A DNA stretch of 64,000 bases from Bacillota bacterium. GTDB lineage: Bacteria > Bacillota > Clostridia > Acetivibrionales > DSM-1351. Below, one piece after another: positions 52,545 to 64,000 of the stretch. The notes under the pieces are model-generated. The model searched no databases. It was not told where the DNA came from and saw only the letters and a list, made by a program, of their open reading frames with translations. How positions within the stretch are numbered: the first letter of the stretch is position 1; each line of letters begins with the position of its first letter. A program made the translations under genes and the position numbers. The stretch covers positions 107,755 to 171,754 of the forward strand of contig JAEWST010000002.1 of NCBI GenBank assembly GCA_023398105.1, given 5' to 3'.

Positions 52545-52987
52545 TTTTGATAGAAAAATAGAAATACGTATTTTTGTCTATAACAAAATCCAAAACAATC
52601 TATTTTAAGATTTACAAGCTTTGTAAATCTTTTAACTATCAAAGACAGTATTTATCATAGTACATATAATATTTCAAATTCTTATCTTTTTAACTCATTC
52701 TTCGCAATTGAACATACTAAAGTCATGTAAAATTAGTTGCAATAGTATTATCAAATGAGAATTTAATAAATTTTATAAGGTAATTTTGCTCACGTGACAA
52801 CATAAATTGGTAAGCTTAATCGTAGCAAGACTATTCATTCATTAGTTATTTAGAAATAATTCATCATTTAGTTTTTAGAAATATCTATGTTCAATGAATA
52901 TATTTATAGTAATCATGAATTATATAAAGAATTATTCATCTACGTTTACAGTTACAAGCTTCAAGTTTATATGTTCATAAATATAAT

Positions 52988-53155
52988 GATGTCGGTTTTA
53001 GCACACTATGAACCATAAATATAGAAAGGTGTCAATAATACTTCTAATTGAAAATACTAGTTCATAGCACTTACTCGTTCTAAAAATTATTTTTGCAACT
53101 AATAGTTGATAATTTTCCTCCACTATTGATTTTTAATCTAGGAAGTTTGAATAAT
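52988..53155 (+). repeat. family B element, degenerate right half
   Basis: GATGTCGGTTTTAGCACACTATGAACCAT exact match to the 27007 copy; right end GATTTTTAATCTAGGAAGTTTGAATAAT. Confidence 0.68.
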
Positions 53156-53162
53156 TAAATAA

Positions 53163-53178
53163 TGTTTCACGTGAAACA
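53163..53178. other. parS site (perfect, within a 30 bp palindrome at 53156-53185)
   Basis: TAAATAATGTTTCACGTGAAACATTATTTA. Confidence 0.92.
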
Positions 53179-53222
53179 TTATTTATCATTTATTCATTTC
53201 AATAATTGTTTACTTTATTTTT

Positions 53223-53300
53223 TTCGTTCTCACAGAGTCCCGATGACAATCAAAACATGGCTCAAAAACAGGTAGCCTAACTATAAATTTTTTGATTGCC
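53223..53300. repeat. family C 78 bp repeat, copy 2
   Basis: Ungapped match to 48011-48088. Confidence 0.7.
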
Positions 53301-53481
53301 GAACACACTCCTCATAAATATTAGAATCAATTACTACCACCAAAGCCGACAGTTTGTATTTGAGGATAAAGCTTCCTAATGGTCATAGAATTAATTAAAA
53401 TCAGACTACGTTAAAAGCTATATTTCGCAATAATAAAGGAGCCTTTGGCCAGCAATTGACCTTAGTAAAGAAAGTGTTAAG

Positions 53482-53769
53482 TTCAAATTTCCTATATCAG
53501 TAATTGCAGGAACTATCATTGTTCATTCTCAGCATTTTAGCCGTCGCACACATTCTCCACTAATGCTTCATACAAGTGTGACAGAAAAATATTTAGATCT
53601 TGCTGAACAATTGTAAACTAAATTGAATACTGACCTTATGATTTCATTAACACAAAAATTATTGTATTTATTAAGCAAGATTTTTTACCAACTAATTCAT
53701 GCAATTATTTCTAACTCGACCTTCAATTGATAAGTTCCCACACCTACAATTTCAACTGGGAAAGTTGAG
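53482..53769 (-). repeat. family B element, inverted copy
   Basis: Reverse complement contains TCAACTTTCCCAGTTGAAATTGTAGGTGT and GAATGTGTGCGACGGCTAAAATGCTGAGA. Confidence 0.8.
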
Positions 53770-53828
53770 TATTATATATAATAAATACCCATATCAAAAT
53801 ATAATATGGGTACTCATATAAAATATAT

Positions 53829-55790
<1,962 letters not shown>

Positions 55791-55857
55791 TTAATATTTG
55801 CAAAAAACTACGAAAACACCACAAATTTATATGTACTATAAATATAATACAGAGATT

Positions 55858-56127
55858 TTATATATTTGCAATTTCACTTATATATTGTGATCTTTTTTTA
55901 AGAGTAACAGAAGATATAGGCGATAAATAAATTATGCTTTTTTTATCTATCTCTGTAATTATAAAAGATTTTGGAAGATCTTCGGATATACTTCTAATAA
56001 AGCCTTCTTCTTCAGCAATCTTTAAAAATTCTTTAGTATCTTTCGAAATAGTAGTTGTATCAATATCCATGATAGCAATTACATCTTTTACTGGAATAAC
56101 AATATCTCCACCGATATGCAAAAACAT
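55858..56127 (-). CDS. remB: RemB/DUF370 family protein
   Basis: MFLHIGGD..PKSFII..YLSPISSVTL; between recF and gyrB. Confidence 0.85.
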   Translation of the reverse strand: MFLHIGGDIVIPVKDVIAIMDIDTTTISKDTKEFLKIAEEEGFIRSISEDLPKSFIITEIDKKSIIYLSPISSVTLKKRSQYISEIANI

Positions 56128-56179
56128 TTAATATGTCCTCCCATTAACTTCTACTTATAATTTTACATTATTAACATAC

Positions 56180-57313
56180 TTAATGCAAACGTTCATTTTC
56201 AAAACTATTTAATACAAAACCGTTTTCTATTTCATAGTATCTAGCTGAAGTTTCTAACAAATTTTTAAAATGCATGTAATTGGTACATGTAATAAATGTC
56301 TGAACACTTCTAATACTATCCATCAAATATTTTTGCCTATTTTCATCTAATTCAGACATAACATCATCCAAAAGCAAAATAGGATATTTCCCAGTTTCTT
56401 TATTTATAAGTTCTATTTCAGCAATCTTTATTGATAAAACAGATGATCTTTGTTGTCCTTGAGAACCATATAGCTTTAGACTATTATTATTTATTAAAAT
56501 ATCGTAATCGTCCCTATGCGGTCCTATTGAAGTATAACCAACAGAAATATCTCTATTGATGCTTTTCTCCAATTGCTTTGTATATATTTCAATTATCTCA
56601 TTTTTTTTTTCTGAATCTTGATAATTAAAGTTACAATCATAATTAAATGTAATTATTTCTCTATCATTGGTAATAAACTTATGTTGCTTCTGTGCAATTT
56701 CTGATAAAACAGTAGCAAATTTCTTACGTTCTAAAATTATATTTGCAGATACTTCTGCAAGCTTATTATTCCAAATATCTATAGTATCAATTAAACCAGT
56801 TTTTGAGTATAAATTTTTCAATAACATATTGCGATGTTTTAAGATTTTTGCTAGTAACTGAAGATTATAAAAATAAGTGGGTTTTATTTGACTCAAAGTT
56901 ATATCTACAAATCTCCTTCTTTCACCTGGTCCCTGTTTTATAATAGACAAGTCTTCAGGAGCAAAAAGAACCGCATATAAATTTCCCATTAACAAACCAA
57001 GTTTTTTAATGGGAATTTCGTTTATTTGTATTTGTTTTTTTTGATTATTCAAATATTTCATATTAATATTTCTTTCTAAACCATTATTATAAACATGTGT
57101 ATTAATATTATAATAATCTGAACCAAACCTAACTAATTCAGTATCTTTAGAAGTTCTATGTGATCTACCTGTAGCACATAAATAAATGGCTTCAAGAATA
57201 TTAGTTTTCCCTTGGCCATTATTTCCATAAATAATATTAAAGCTATCTGAAAAATCAATTTTTGTATCTTTATGATTTCTAAAATTCTCTAAAATTAAAC
57301 TTTTTACAATCAA
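56180..57313 (-). CDS. recF: DNA replication/repair protein RecF
   Basis: GNNGQGKTNILEA, GPHRDD, GSQGQQR and LLLDDVMSELD motifs. Confidence 0.96.
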   Translation of the reverse strand: MIVKSLILENFRNHKDTKIDFSDSFNIIYGNNGQGKTNILEAIYLCATGRSHRTSKDTELVRFGSDYYNINTHVYNNGLERNINMKYLNNQKKQIQINEIPIKKLGLLMGNLYAVLFAPEDLSIIKQGPGERRRFVDITLSQIKPTYFYNLQLLAKILKHRNMLLKNLYSKTGLIDTIDIWNNKLAEVSANIILERKKFATVLSEIAQKQHKFITNDREIITFNYDCNFNYQDSEKKNEIIEIYTKQLEKSINRDISVGYTSIGPHRDDYDILINNNSLKLYGSQGQQRSSVLSIKIAEIELINKETGKYPILLLDDVMSELDENRQKYLMDSIRSVQTFITCTNYMHFKNLLETSARYYEIENGFVLNSFENERLH

Positions 57314-57329
57314 TTTGATACCCCATATT

Positions 57330-57542
57330 TTATCTTGCTAATACTTCATATTTTTTGTTTTCAAATTCTACTATATCACCATTTCTCAATTTTTTCCCTC
57401 TTTGTATTTCAACATTCCCATTCACTTTAACAAATCCATCTAAAATAAAGCTTTTTGCTATTGCACCATTATCACATGCACCAGACCATTTTAAAAATTG
57501 ATCCAATTTTATATACTCAGTACTTATTTCAACTTTTTCCAT
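57330..57542 (-). CDS. yaaA: S4-domain RNA-binding protein
   Basis: EYIKLDQFLK..VKVNG..RGKKLRNGD. Confidence 0.9.
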   Translation of the reverse strand: MEKVEISTEYIKLDQFLKWSGACDNGAIAKSFILDGFVKVNGNVEIQRGKKLRNGDIVEFENKKYEVLAR

Positions 57543-57564
57543 AAATCCCCCTAAAATAAATATA

Positions 57565-57718
57565 TATAACGAGGCAAGAAAATATCCCTCACTTCTATAA
57601 GTGGCGGGTACCGCTTCGATTTTGAGGAGATGAGAATATCTCCTCCTCGCTTACACGCCGCTGATATAATGAAATTTTTCTACAATTGTTAATTTTCATT
57701 TTGAATCTAGGCGTTATA
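57565..57718 (+). repeat. family A element, copy 5 (dnaN-yaaA junction)
   Basis: Aligns end to end with 40402-40555. Confidence 0.92.
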
Positions 57719-57719
57719 A

Positions 57720-58820
57720 TCATATTCTGACCGCTTGAACTAAGTAAGCAAATGCATCACTATTTTCAATTACAGGCCTAAAAGTGCAAGGGGCATTTGT
57801 AGTAATAAAATATATCGTAGATCTCTCATCATCAATAGCTTTTAAAGCATCAATTAGATATGTAGGATTATAGCCTATTTCTAACGTATTACCCACTATT
57901 TCACACTTTATTTCTTCTCTTACATTACCTAATTCAGCATTTGATGTAATAACAATTTTATCATTGCTAATAAATAATTTTACAGGACTATTCTTGTCAT
58001 TCATAGAAATTAAAGAAGCTCTCTCTAAACTTGATTGAAATTCTTTATTATTTATAATAACTTTTGTTTCAAAATCTTTATTTAGTAAACTATTATAATT
58101 TAGAAATTTACCTTCAATGAGTCTTGAAACTATTCTCCATGATTGAGTATCAAAAACAATTTGATTATTAGAATTATACAAAAAGACTTCATCGTCATTA
58201 GCCTGAAGTATTTTTGATATTTCATTCAATATTTTTCCAGGAACAATGACTGAAAAATCTGATATATCACTATTTATAAGTTTTTTTCTTAACGCAAGCC
58301 TATATCCATCAATAGATACAAAATTTAATTCATTATTTTTGACTTCTATAAGTGTTCCAGTTAATACAGGTCTATTTTCATCAGAACCAACAGCAAATAC
58401 AGTTTGCCTAATCATATCCTTTAAATCAGATTGTGTCAAACACAAAATATTTTCTTTGTCAACATCAGGTAAATTTGGATAACCTGAAGGATTTACACCT
58501 TTTATTTCAAAGTGCGAATTTTCACATTCAACAATAACTAAATTTTCTTCGTTTACTTCAATAAGTACTTCTGAATCAGGTAATCTTCTGACTATATCAC
58601 CAAACATTTTTGAATTAATTACTATTGAACCAGTATTTCTTATATCAGCTTCTACAAAGCATTCTATTCCAATCTCTAGATCATTACCAGTTAGTTTAAA
58701 CTTATCATCAACGCTTAATAATATACCTTCAAGTATAGGTAGTGTTGTTTTAGTTGAAACTGCTTTTTGAACAATATTTATTCCATTTAGTAAGTTTTCC
58801 TTTGAGCAAATAATTTTCAC
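57720..58820 (-). CDS. dnaN: DNA polymerase III beta clamp
   Basis: KTTLPILEGIL, IDGYRLA and SRLIEGKF motifs; downstream of dnaA. Confidence 0.96.
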   Translation of the reverse strand: MKIICSKENLLNGINIVQKAVSTKTTLPILEGILLSVDDKFKLTGNDLEIGIECFVEADIRNTGSIVINSKMFGDIVRRLPDSEVLIEVNEENLVIVECENSHFEIKGVNPSGYPNLPDVDKENILCLTQSDLKDMIRQTVFAVGSDENRPVLTGTLIEVKNNELNFVSIDGYRLALRKKLINSDISDFSVIVPGKILNEISKILQANDDEVFLYNSNNQIVFDTQSWRIVSRLIEGKFLNYNSLLNKDFETKVIINNKEFQSSLERASLISMNDKNSPVKLFISNDKIVITSNAELGNVREEIKCEIVGNTLEIGYNPTYLIDALKAIDDERSTIYFITTNAPCTFRPVIENSDAFAYLVQAVRI

Positions 58821-58832
58821 GGCAACCTCCGT

Positions 58833-59079
58833 TTATATATATATATATATTTATAATATAAATTCAGTAAGAATAGTAGTAAGTGCTGTTAAAACTGTGA
58901 ATAACTCTTGAAAGCTAGTTACACGAATTGTTCAAGGTTGTTAATAATATGTTGAATAGTTGTAACAATTTATTAACATTAAATTAGATTAAACATAAAA
59001 TCAAAGTTATTCACAAAAAATAATCACCAAATCAACAAAAACTGTGTATAAGATCCTTGAATATAAAAATTTATCCACC
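58833..59079. other. oriC, dnaA-dnaN half: DnaA boxes, DnaA-trios and AT-rich unwinding element
   Basis: Boxes TGTGAATAA 58896, TTATTCACA 59007, TGTGTATAA 59043; trio-like CAG TAA GAA TAG TAG TAA at 58865-58882; (TA)n tract at 58834-58860. Confidence 0.88.
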
Positions 59080-60393
59080 AATTATATTTTTTTTAATATC
59101 TTCAATAGTTCTTCTGAGTTCTGCACTATTATTAGTATCATTTTTTATTTTTTCACATGCATGCATTACAGTAGTGTGGTCTCTTCCTCCAAATTCATCA
59201 CCTATTTTTGGAAGTGACATATCTGTCATTTCACGACAAAGAAACATTGCTATCTGACGTGGAAATGAAACATCCCTGGATCTTTTCTTTGATTTAAGTT
59301 CATCTGTTTTGAGATGAAAGTATCTAGAAACAGCTTCTTGTATAGTTTTAGAATTAATAACAACTGTTTTACTATTGTTAAACATATCTTTTAGTGCTTC
59401 AATAGCCATATCTACATCAATTTTATGCTCAGTTAATGTTGAATAGGCAATTACTCTATTTAATGCACCCTCTAATTCACGAATATTTGAAGCAACCTTA
59501 TCAGCTATGTAAACCATAACATCATCTGGTACATCAAGTTTTTCAAGCTGAGCTTTTTTTCTAAGAATAGCAATTCTTGTTTCTAAATCAGGTGGAGCTA
59601 TATCTGCAATAAGACCCCATTCAAATCTAGACCTAAGTCTATCTTCAAGAGTATTTATATCCTTTGGAGGTTTATCACTTGAAACAATAATTTGTTTATT
59701 AGCTTCGTATAATGCATTAAAAGTATGGAAAAATTCTTCCTGAGTTCTTTCTTTACCAGCAATAAATTGTATATCATCTATAAGTAAAACATCTATATTT
59801 CTATATTTATATCTAAATTCTTCATTCTTATCATCTTTTATGGCATTTATTAACTCATTAGTAAATTTTTCAGATGATACATATAGAACTTTTAATGATG
59901 GATTTTGACTTAAAACAAAATGACCTATGGCATGCATAAGATGTGTTTTACCAAGTCCAACTCCTCCATATAAAAACAAAGGATTATATGCTTTAGCTGG
60001 TGCTTCAGATACTGCCAATGATGCAGCATGTGCAAATCTATTTCCATTACCAATTACAAAGGTGTCAAATGTGTACTTTGGATTTAAACCCAAACCAGAT
60101 GTATCTTCAGAGTATTCCTGAGCTGCAGGTTTTGATTGAGTTTGTGATGGTATAGAAAAATAAATATTATATTCTTTGTGTGTTATTTGCTTAAGAGAAT
60201 TTTTAATTAAGTATGAATATCTTGATTCAAGAATTCCCTTCTGAAAATCAGCAGGAACTCCCAAGGTCACAGTATTGGAGTCAATAGAAATAGGTTCTAT
60301 TGTTAAAATCCAAGTATTGTAACTTATATCTGTCATTTCATCTTTAAGTAATTCCAATGTTCTATTCCATATATCATTTAAATGCACACTCAT
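59071..60393 (-). CDS. dnaA: chromosomal replication initiator DnaA
   Basis: [25 protein letters not shown] and [12 protein letters not shown] motifs. Confidence 0.98.
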   Translation of the reverse strand: MSVHLNDIWNRTLELLKDEMTDISYNTWILTIEPISIDSNTVTLGVPADFQKGILESRYSYLIKNSLKQITHKEYNIYFSIPSQTQSKPAAQEYSEDTSGLGLNPKYTFDTFVIGNGNRFAHAASLAVSEAPAKAYNPLFLYGGVGLGKTHLMHAIGHFVLSQNPSLKVLYVSSEKFTNELINAIKDDKNEEFRYKYRNIDVLLIDDIQFIAGKERTQEEFFHTFNALYEANKQIIVSSDKPPKDINTLEDRLRSRFEWGLIADIAPPDLETRIAILRKKAQLEKLDVPDDVMVYIADKVASNIRELEGALNRVIAYSTLTEHKIDVDMAIEALKDMFNNSKTVVINSKTIQEAVSRYFHLKTDELKSKKRSRDVSFPRQIAMFLCREMTDMSLPKIGDEFGGRDHTTVMHACEKIKNDTNNSAELRRTIEDIKKNIIGG

Positions 60394-60569
60394 CTTATTT
60401 CGCCACCTTGGTTATAATCAAAATTAATAATAGCAAAGTGTAAAAATCTTTACATTTTGCTAAATATATAATGTTATTAAAAACAAATCAGATATGTAAA
60501 TAATAAACAAAAAATTTAAGATAATAAATATTCTAAAAGTTTTTATGTGAAAAGTATAAATAAAAATAA

Positions 60570-60810
60570 AAAGTTATTAACAACGTGATATAAAAAACAC
60601 ACAAGTTATCAACAAGCATTAATAAATATAACAGAGTTTTGTGGAAAATTCAATATAAAAAACACAAGATATCCACAAAAAAATTTTTTTATCAACCAAA
60701 ATATCCACAGGTTTTAAATGAATGACAAAATTTCAACAACATATTGTTCATATACTGTTTTCGAATACTATATGTTGATTTGTCAAGCTATAAAAAATTA
60801 TATACAAATA
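60570..60810. other. oriC, upstream DnaA-box cluster
   Basis: TTATTAACA 60574, TTATCAACA 60606, TGTGGAAAA 60640, ATATCCACA 60669 and 60701. Confidence 0.75.
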
Positions 60811-60841
60811 ATATTATCGAAATAGTGTATATAAATGAACC

Positions 60842-60871
60842 TTGACAGTTTAAAAAGTATTAATATATAAT
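60842..60871 (+). promoter_or_regulatory. sigmaA promoter for rpmH
   Basis: TTGACA-18-TATAAT. Confidence 0.65.
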
Positions 60872-60941
60872 AGATTCGGTGTCTTTAAAAGAAAAGACTA
60901 TTATAAGTTTATATAAAGTAAATTAGAACGGGGGTGGACTA

Positions 60942-61076
60942 ATGTTAAGAACATATCAACCTAAAAAAAGGCATAGGCAGAAAGAACACGGCTTCAGAAA
61001 AAGAATGAGTACTGCAAATGGAAGAAAAGTATTAAGAAGACGCAGACTAAAAGGAAGAAAAGCTATTTCAGCGTAA
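60942..61076 (+). CDS. rpmH: 50S ribosomal protein L34 (absent from the ORF track, 44 aa)
   Basis: Manual translation [44 protein letters not shown]. Confidence 0.97.
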   Translation: MLRTYQPKKRHRQKEHGFRKRMSTANGRKVLRRRRLKGRKAISA

Positions 61077-61229
61077 GACCGCATTTTGTGGTCTTTTTCT
61101 TTAAAACTTGCTATCTTCCATACAGGTTAATTTTAAAATAATAGTATAGCTTGAAAAACTCAAAAATTAATTTTTAGTGTTTTTCTTTACTATTTTTTTG
61201 ATAGTGGTATAGACAAAATGGAGGTTAGC

Positions 61230-61595
61230 GTGAAAAAAAGTGCAACACTAAAAAAGAATTATGAGTTTACGAGAGTTTTTAATAAAGGATTGTTTTATGT
61301 AGGAAGGCATATAGTTGTTTATGCCTTTCCTAATAGGCAATCTATAAAAAGAATTGGAATATCAGTTTCTAAAAAAGCAGGAAATGCAGTATTAAGAAAT
61401 AAAAAGAAAAGGCTGATTAGAGAAGTTTATAGGAATTATGAAGATTTTATTCTTAATGGGTATGATATAGTTGTTGCTGCACGAGGTGGAGAAACTGTTT
61501 TCAAATATTCTGAATTACTTAAGGAGTTCAAATATTTATTAAAAAAGTTGCAAGTATTTGATCAGGAGAAATATAATTGTTTAAAAAAGCTTTAG
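61230..61595 (+). CDS. rnpA: ribonuclease P protein component
   Basis: [28 protein letters not shown] start after GGAGG. Confidence 0.93.
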   Translation: MKKSATLKKNYEFTRVFNKGLFYVGRHIVVYAFPNRQSIKRIGISVSKKAGNAVLRNKKKRLIREVYRNYEDFILNGYDIVVAARGGETVFKYSELLKEFKYLLKKLQVFDQEKYNCLKKL

Positions 61596-61792
61596 TGTAT
61601 TTAATTCGATTATATCAAAGGTTTATATCACCTTTAAAAATAAAGCCTACGTGTAGGTTCTATCCAACATGTTCGCAGTATGCCTTAGAGGCTATAATTA
61701 AGTATGGTTGCTTTAAAGGTAGTTATATGGGAATAAAGAGAATATTAAAGTGTCATCCCTTTCATCCAGGAGGGTATGACCCTGTGAAATAG
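61577..61792 (+). CDS. yidD: membrane protein insertion efficiency factor
   Basis: [23 protein letters not shown]. Confidence 0.94.
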   Translation: MFKKALVYLIRLYQRFISPLKIKPTCRFYPTCSQYALEAIIKYGCFKGSYMGIKRILKCHPFHPGGYDPVK

Positions 61793-61829
61793 ATAAAATA
61801 AACAATAGGTTTAGGAGAAAAAATAAAAT

Positions 61830-62669
61830 ATGTTAGATTTTATTGCTGGTCCACTAGGTAAATTTCTTTACTGGATTTATGGTGGAGTAAATAATTACGG
61901 TTTAGCACTAATTATATTTACAATAATTGTAAGGACAGCTATGGTTCCATTAACACTGAAACAATATAAGTCCACTGCTGGTATGCAGAAGATTCAGCCG
62001 TTACTGCAAGAAGTACAAAGAAAATATTCTAATGATAAAGAAAAACTGAATCAAGAAACCATGAAGCTCTATCAAGAACATAAAATAAACCCAGCTGGTG
62101 GATGTTTACCTTTGATAATTCAAATGCCGATTTTGTTTGCATTATGGCAGGTTATAGCAAGACCATTAAGATTTATGCTTGGATTTACAGACGATAAGTT
62201 AGCTAAATTAGCAGAAACGGCAAATGCTTCAGGTCAATATACTGAAATAGAGACAATTACTTACTTTATGAATAATGATATGGGAGATCAAGTTGGTAAT
62301 TTAAATATGTTCTTTCCAAGCCATGGTGGAATAAACCTTGGTAGTATTCCTACATGGGATATTGGACAACTAATGTCAGATCCATCAAGACTATTAGTAT
62401 TGATATTACCATTACTTGCAGTGGTTACAACATATTTAACAGTTCGTATGTCAATGCCTAAAAAGACTAATGACAAAGCAAAAGATAGAGCAGCAAATCC
62501 AATGGGTAATTCAATGTTGTATATTTCTCCCTTTATGACATTAATATTTTCGATGCAGTTCCCTGTAGGTATGTCGCTATATTGGTTTGTTGGTAATATA
62601 TTTTCAATGGCACAACAATACTATGTAAATAAATATGTCCTTAAAAAGAAGGAGGTAGTGACAAAATAA
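61830..62669 (+). CDS. yidC: membrane protein insertase
   Basis: NYGLALIIFTIIVR and NPAGGCLPLIIQMPI motifs. Confidence 0.94.
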   Translation: MLDFIAGPLGKFLYWIYGGVNNYGLALIIFTIIVRTAMVPLTLKQYKSTAGMQKIQPLLQEVQRKYSNDKEKLNQETMKLYQEHKINPAGGCLPLIIQMPILFALWQVIARPLRFMLGFTDDKLAKLAETANASGQYTEIETITYFMNNDMGDQVGNLNMFFPSHGGINLGSIPTWDIGQLMSDPSRLLVLILPLLAVVTTYLTVRMSMPKKTNDKAKDRAANPMGNSMLYISPFMTLIFSMQFPVGMSLYWFVGNIFSMAQQYYVNKYVLKKKEVVTK

Positions 62670-63304
62670 TGGCTTACAGTATAGAAAAAACAGGAAAGAC
62701 AGTTCAAGAAGCAATTACAGCAGCATTATCTGAATTAAATTTAGCAGAAGAAGATGTTGATATTGAAGTTATTGAAGAAGGTGCAAAAGGGATTTTTGGT
62801 ATTATTGGGTCAAAAGTTGCAAGAGTTAAGGTTACTGTAAGAGAAGAAGAGAACAATAACAGATGCGATATTGCTTCTGATTTTCTATATACCATATTAA
62901 ATAATATGGAAGTTGAAGCAGATATTAGTGTAAGTGAAGATGATGAAAACATAGTTGTAGATATTAACGGTGATGATATTGGTATAATTATCGGACGCCG
63001 TGGTGAAACTATGGATGCTCTTCAATATCTAACTAGTTTAGTTGTAAATAAGGAATACGAGGAGTATAAGCGTGTTATTTTAAATGTTGAGAATTACAGA
63101 CAGAAAAGAGAAGAGACTCTTGTAAAATTGGCTAATAGATTAGCTGAAAAGGTTGTAAAGTTTAAAAAGCCAGTTACACTTGAGCCAATGAATCCATATG
63201 AGAGAAGAATAATTCATTCGTCTTTACAAGGTCATAGATCTGTTGAGACATTTAGTACAGGCGAAGAACCAAAAAGAAAAGTAGTTATTGCATTAAAAAA
63301 ATAA
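62669..63304 (+). CDS. jag: Jag/EloR RNA-binding protein
   Basis: Jag_N TGKTVQEAI, KH IIIGRRGETMDALQYL, R3H ERRIIH. Confidence 0.94.
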   Translation: MAYSIEKTGKTVQEAITAALSELNLAEEDVDIEVIEEGAKGIFGIIGSKVARVKVTVREEENNNRCDIASDFLYTILNNMEVEADISVSEDDENIVVDINGDDIGIIIGRRGETMDALQYLTSLVVNKEYEEYKRVILNVENYRQKREETLVKLANRLAEKVVKFKKPVTLEPMNPYERRIIHSSLQGHRSVETFSTGEEPKRKVVIALKK

Positions 63305-63334
63305 TATCAGTTTATGGAATACAAATATATGGTG

Positions 63335-63366
63335 AAATGGTTCAGGAGTTTTCTTGAGCCATTTTG
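63335..63366 (+). terminator. hairpin after jag
   Basis: AAATGGTTCAGGA...TCTTGAGCCATTTT. Confidence 0.55.
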
Positions 63367-63409
63367 TGCGTTTGAATGTTTAGATTAAGTATATATAACG
63401 AGGTAGATT

Positions 63410-64000
63410 ATGTATTTAGAAGATACAATTGCAGCACTTTCTACACCTGTAGGTACTGGTGGAATTGGAATTATAAGAGTAAGTGGAAATAAAGCCTTTG
63501 ATATTGTATCAAATATTTTTATGTCTAATAAAACTATTGATGAAATTGATTCACATTCCGTAACCTATGGAAAAATAATAGATCCTATAAATAATACTAT
63601 TGTTGACGAGGTTTTGTTGACAAAATTATGCAAGCCTAAGACATTCACAAGAGAAGATATTATTGAAATAAACTGTCATGGAGGCTTAGTGGTTGTTAAC
63701 AGAATTCTTGAGCTTTTGCTTAAATATGGAGCACGTCCTGCAGAAGCAGGGGAATTTACAAAGCGAGCATTTTTAAATGGGAGAATTGATTTATCTCAGG
63801 CAGAAGCAATAATTGATCTCATCAATTCCAAAACAGTTGAGAGTTCTAAAGCCGCAATAAGCCATTTAGAAGGTAATTTATCAAAAAAATTAAACTCATT
63901 AAGAGAAGTATTGGTAGGATTGCTAGCACACATAGAAGTAACTGTTGATTATCCGGAGCATGACATTGAAGAGATAACAGGAGAAAAGGTACTAGAAAGT
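63410..64000 (+). CDS. mnmE: tRNA modification GTPase MnmE (runs off the window end)
   Basis: Manual translation MYLEDTIAALSTPVGTGGIGIIRVSG...GEFTKRAFLNGRIDLSQAEA. Confidence 0.95.
   Translation, partial: MYLEDTIAALSTPVGTGGIGIIRVSGNKAFDIVSNIFMSNKTIDEIDSHSVTYGKIIDPINNTIVDEVLLTKLCKPKTFTREDIIEINCHGGLVVVNRILELLLKYGARPAEAGEFTKRAFLNGRIDLSQAEAIIDLINSKTVESSKAAISHLEGNLSKKLNSLREVLVGLLAHIEVTVDYPEHDIEEITGEKVLES

Noticed and set aside
52786..52801. Additional parS (TTGCTCACGTGACAAC)
   Set aside because: Only the TCACGTGA core matches
53223..53300. Family C as a group II intron domain V remnant (minus strand GAGCC...CTGTGAG)
   Set aside because: No GNRA-capped DV stem or AC bulge; the second copy does not keep the pattern
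63394..63403. TATAACGAGG matching the family A left end upstream of mnmE
   Set aside because: Only 10 bp, and it overlaps the GAGGT ribosome-binding site

Overview
Low-GC Clostridia chromosome segment (gene set and order suggest a Ruminiclostridium/Acetivibrio-like spore former; this is inference) spanning the replication origin. Right end: mnmE(partial)-jag-yidC-yidD-rnpA-rpmH | oriC | dnaA-dnaN-yaaA-recF-remB-gyrB. gyrB is followed not by gyrA but by a 1.6 kb spacer with two perfect parS sites, then parA-parB and two tRNA-Ser genes. The rest holds an opp operon, an Amt-PII fusion, a dnaD/dnaC-like pair, a patch of orphan membrane genes, sleB-ypeB, a yhaO/yhaN-like nuclease-ATPase pair, veg, fhs and sporulation genes. 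No CRISPR array, prophage or transposase is visible. Most notable: (1) a classical-clade AAA+ ATPase directly upstream of a PspA/IM30 (ESCRT-III superfamily) gene plus a membrane coiled-coil gene, a candidate bacterial ESCRT-III/Vps4-like module; (2) five copies of a structured ~155 bp intergenic element, two bracketing fhs in inverted orientation; (3) a second modular inverted-repeat element family with about nine copies or fragments; (4) an ANTAR-type antiterminator leader with an unusually long linker upstream of amt-PII; (5) a stand-alone YabG N-terminal domain; (6) a parS site superimposed on a stop/start codon overlap. Product names come from recognising motifs by eye, not from database searches.
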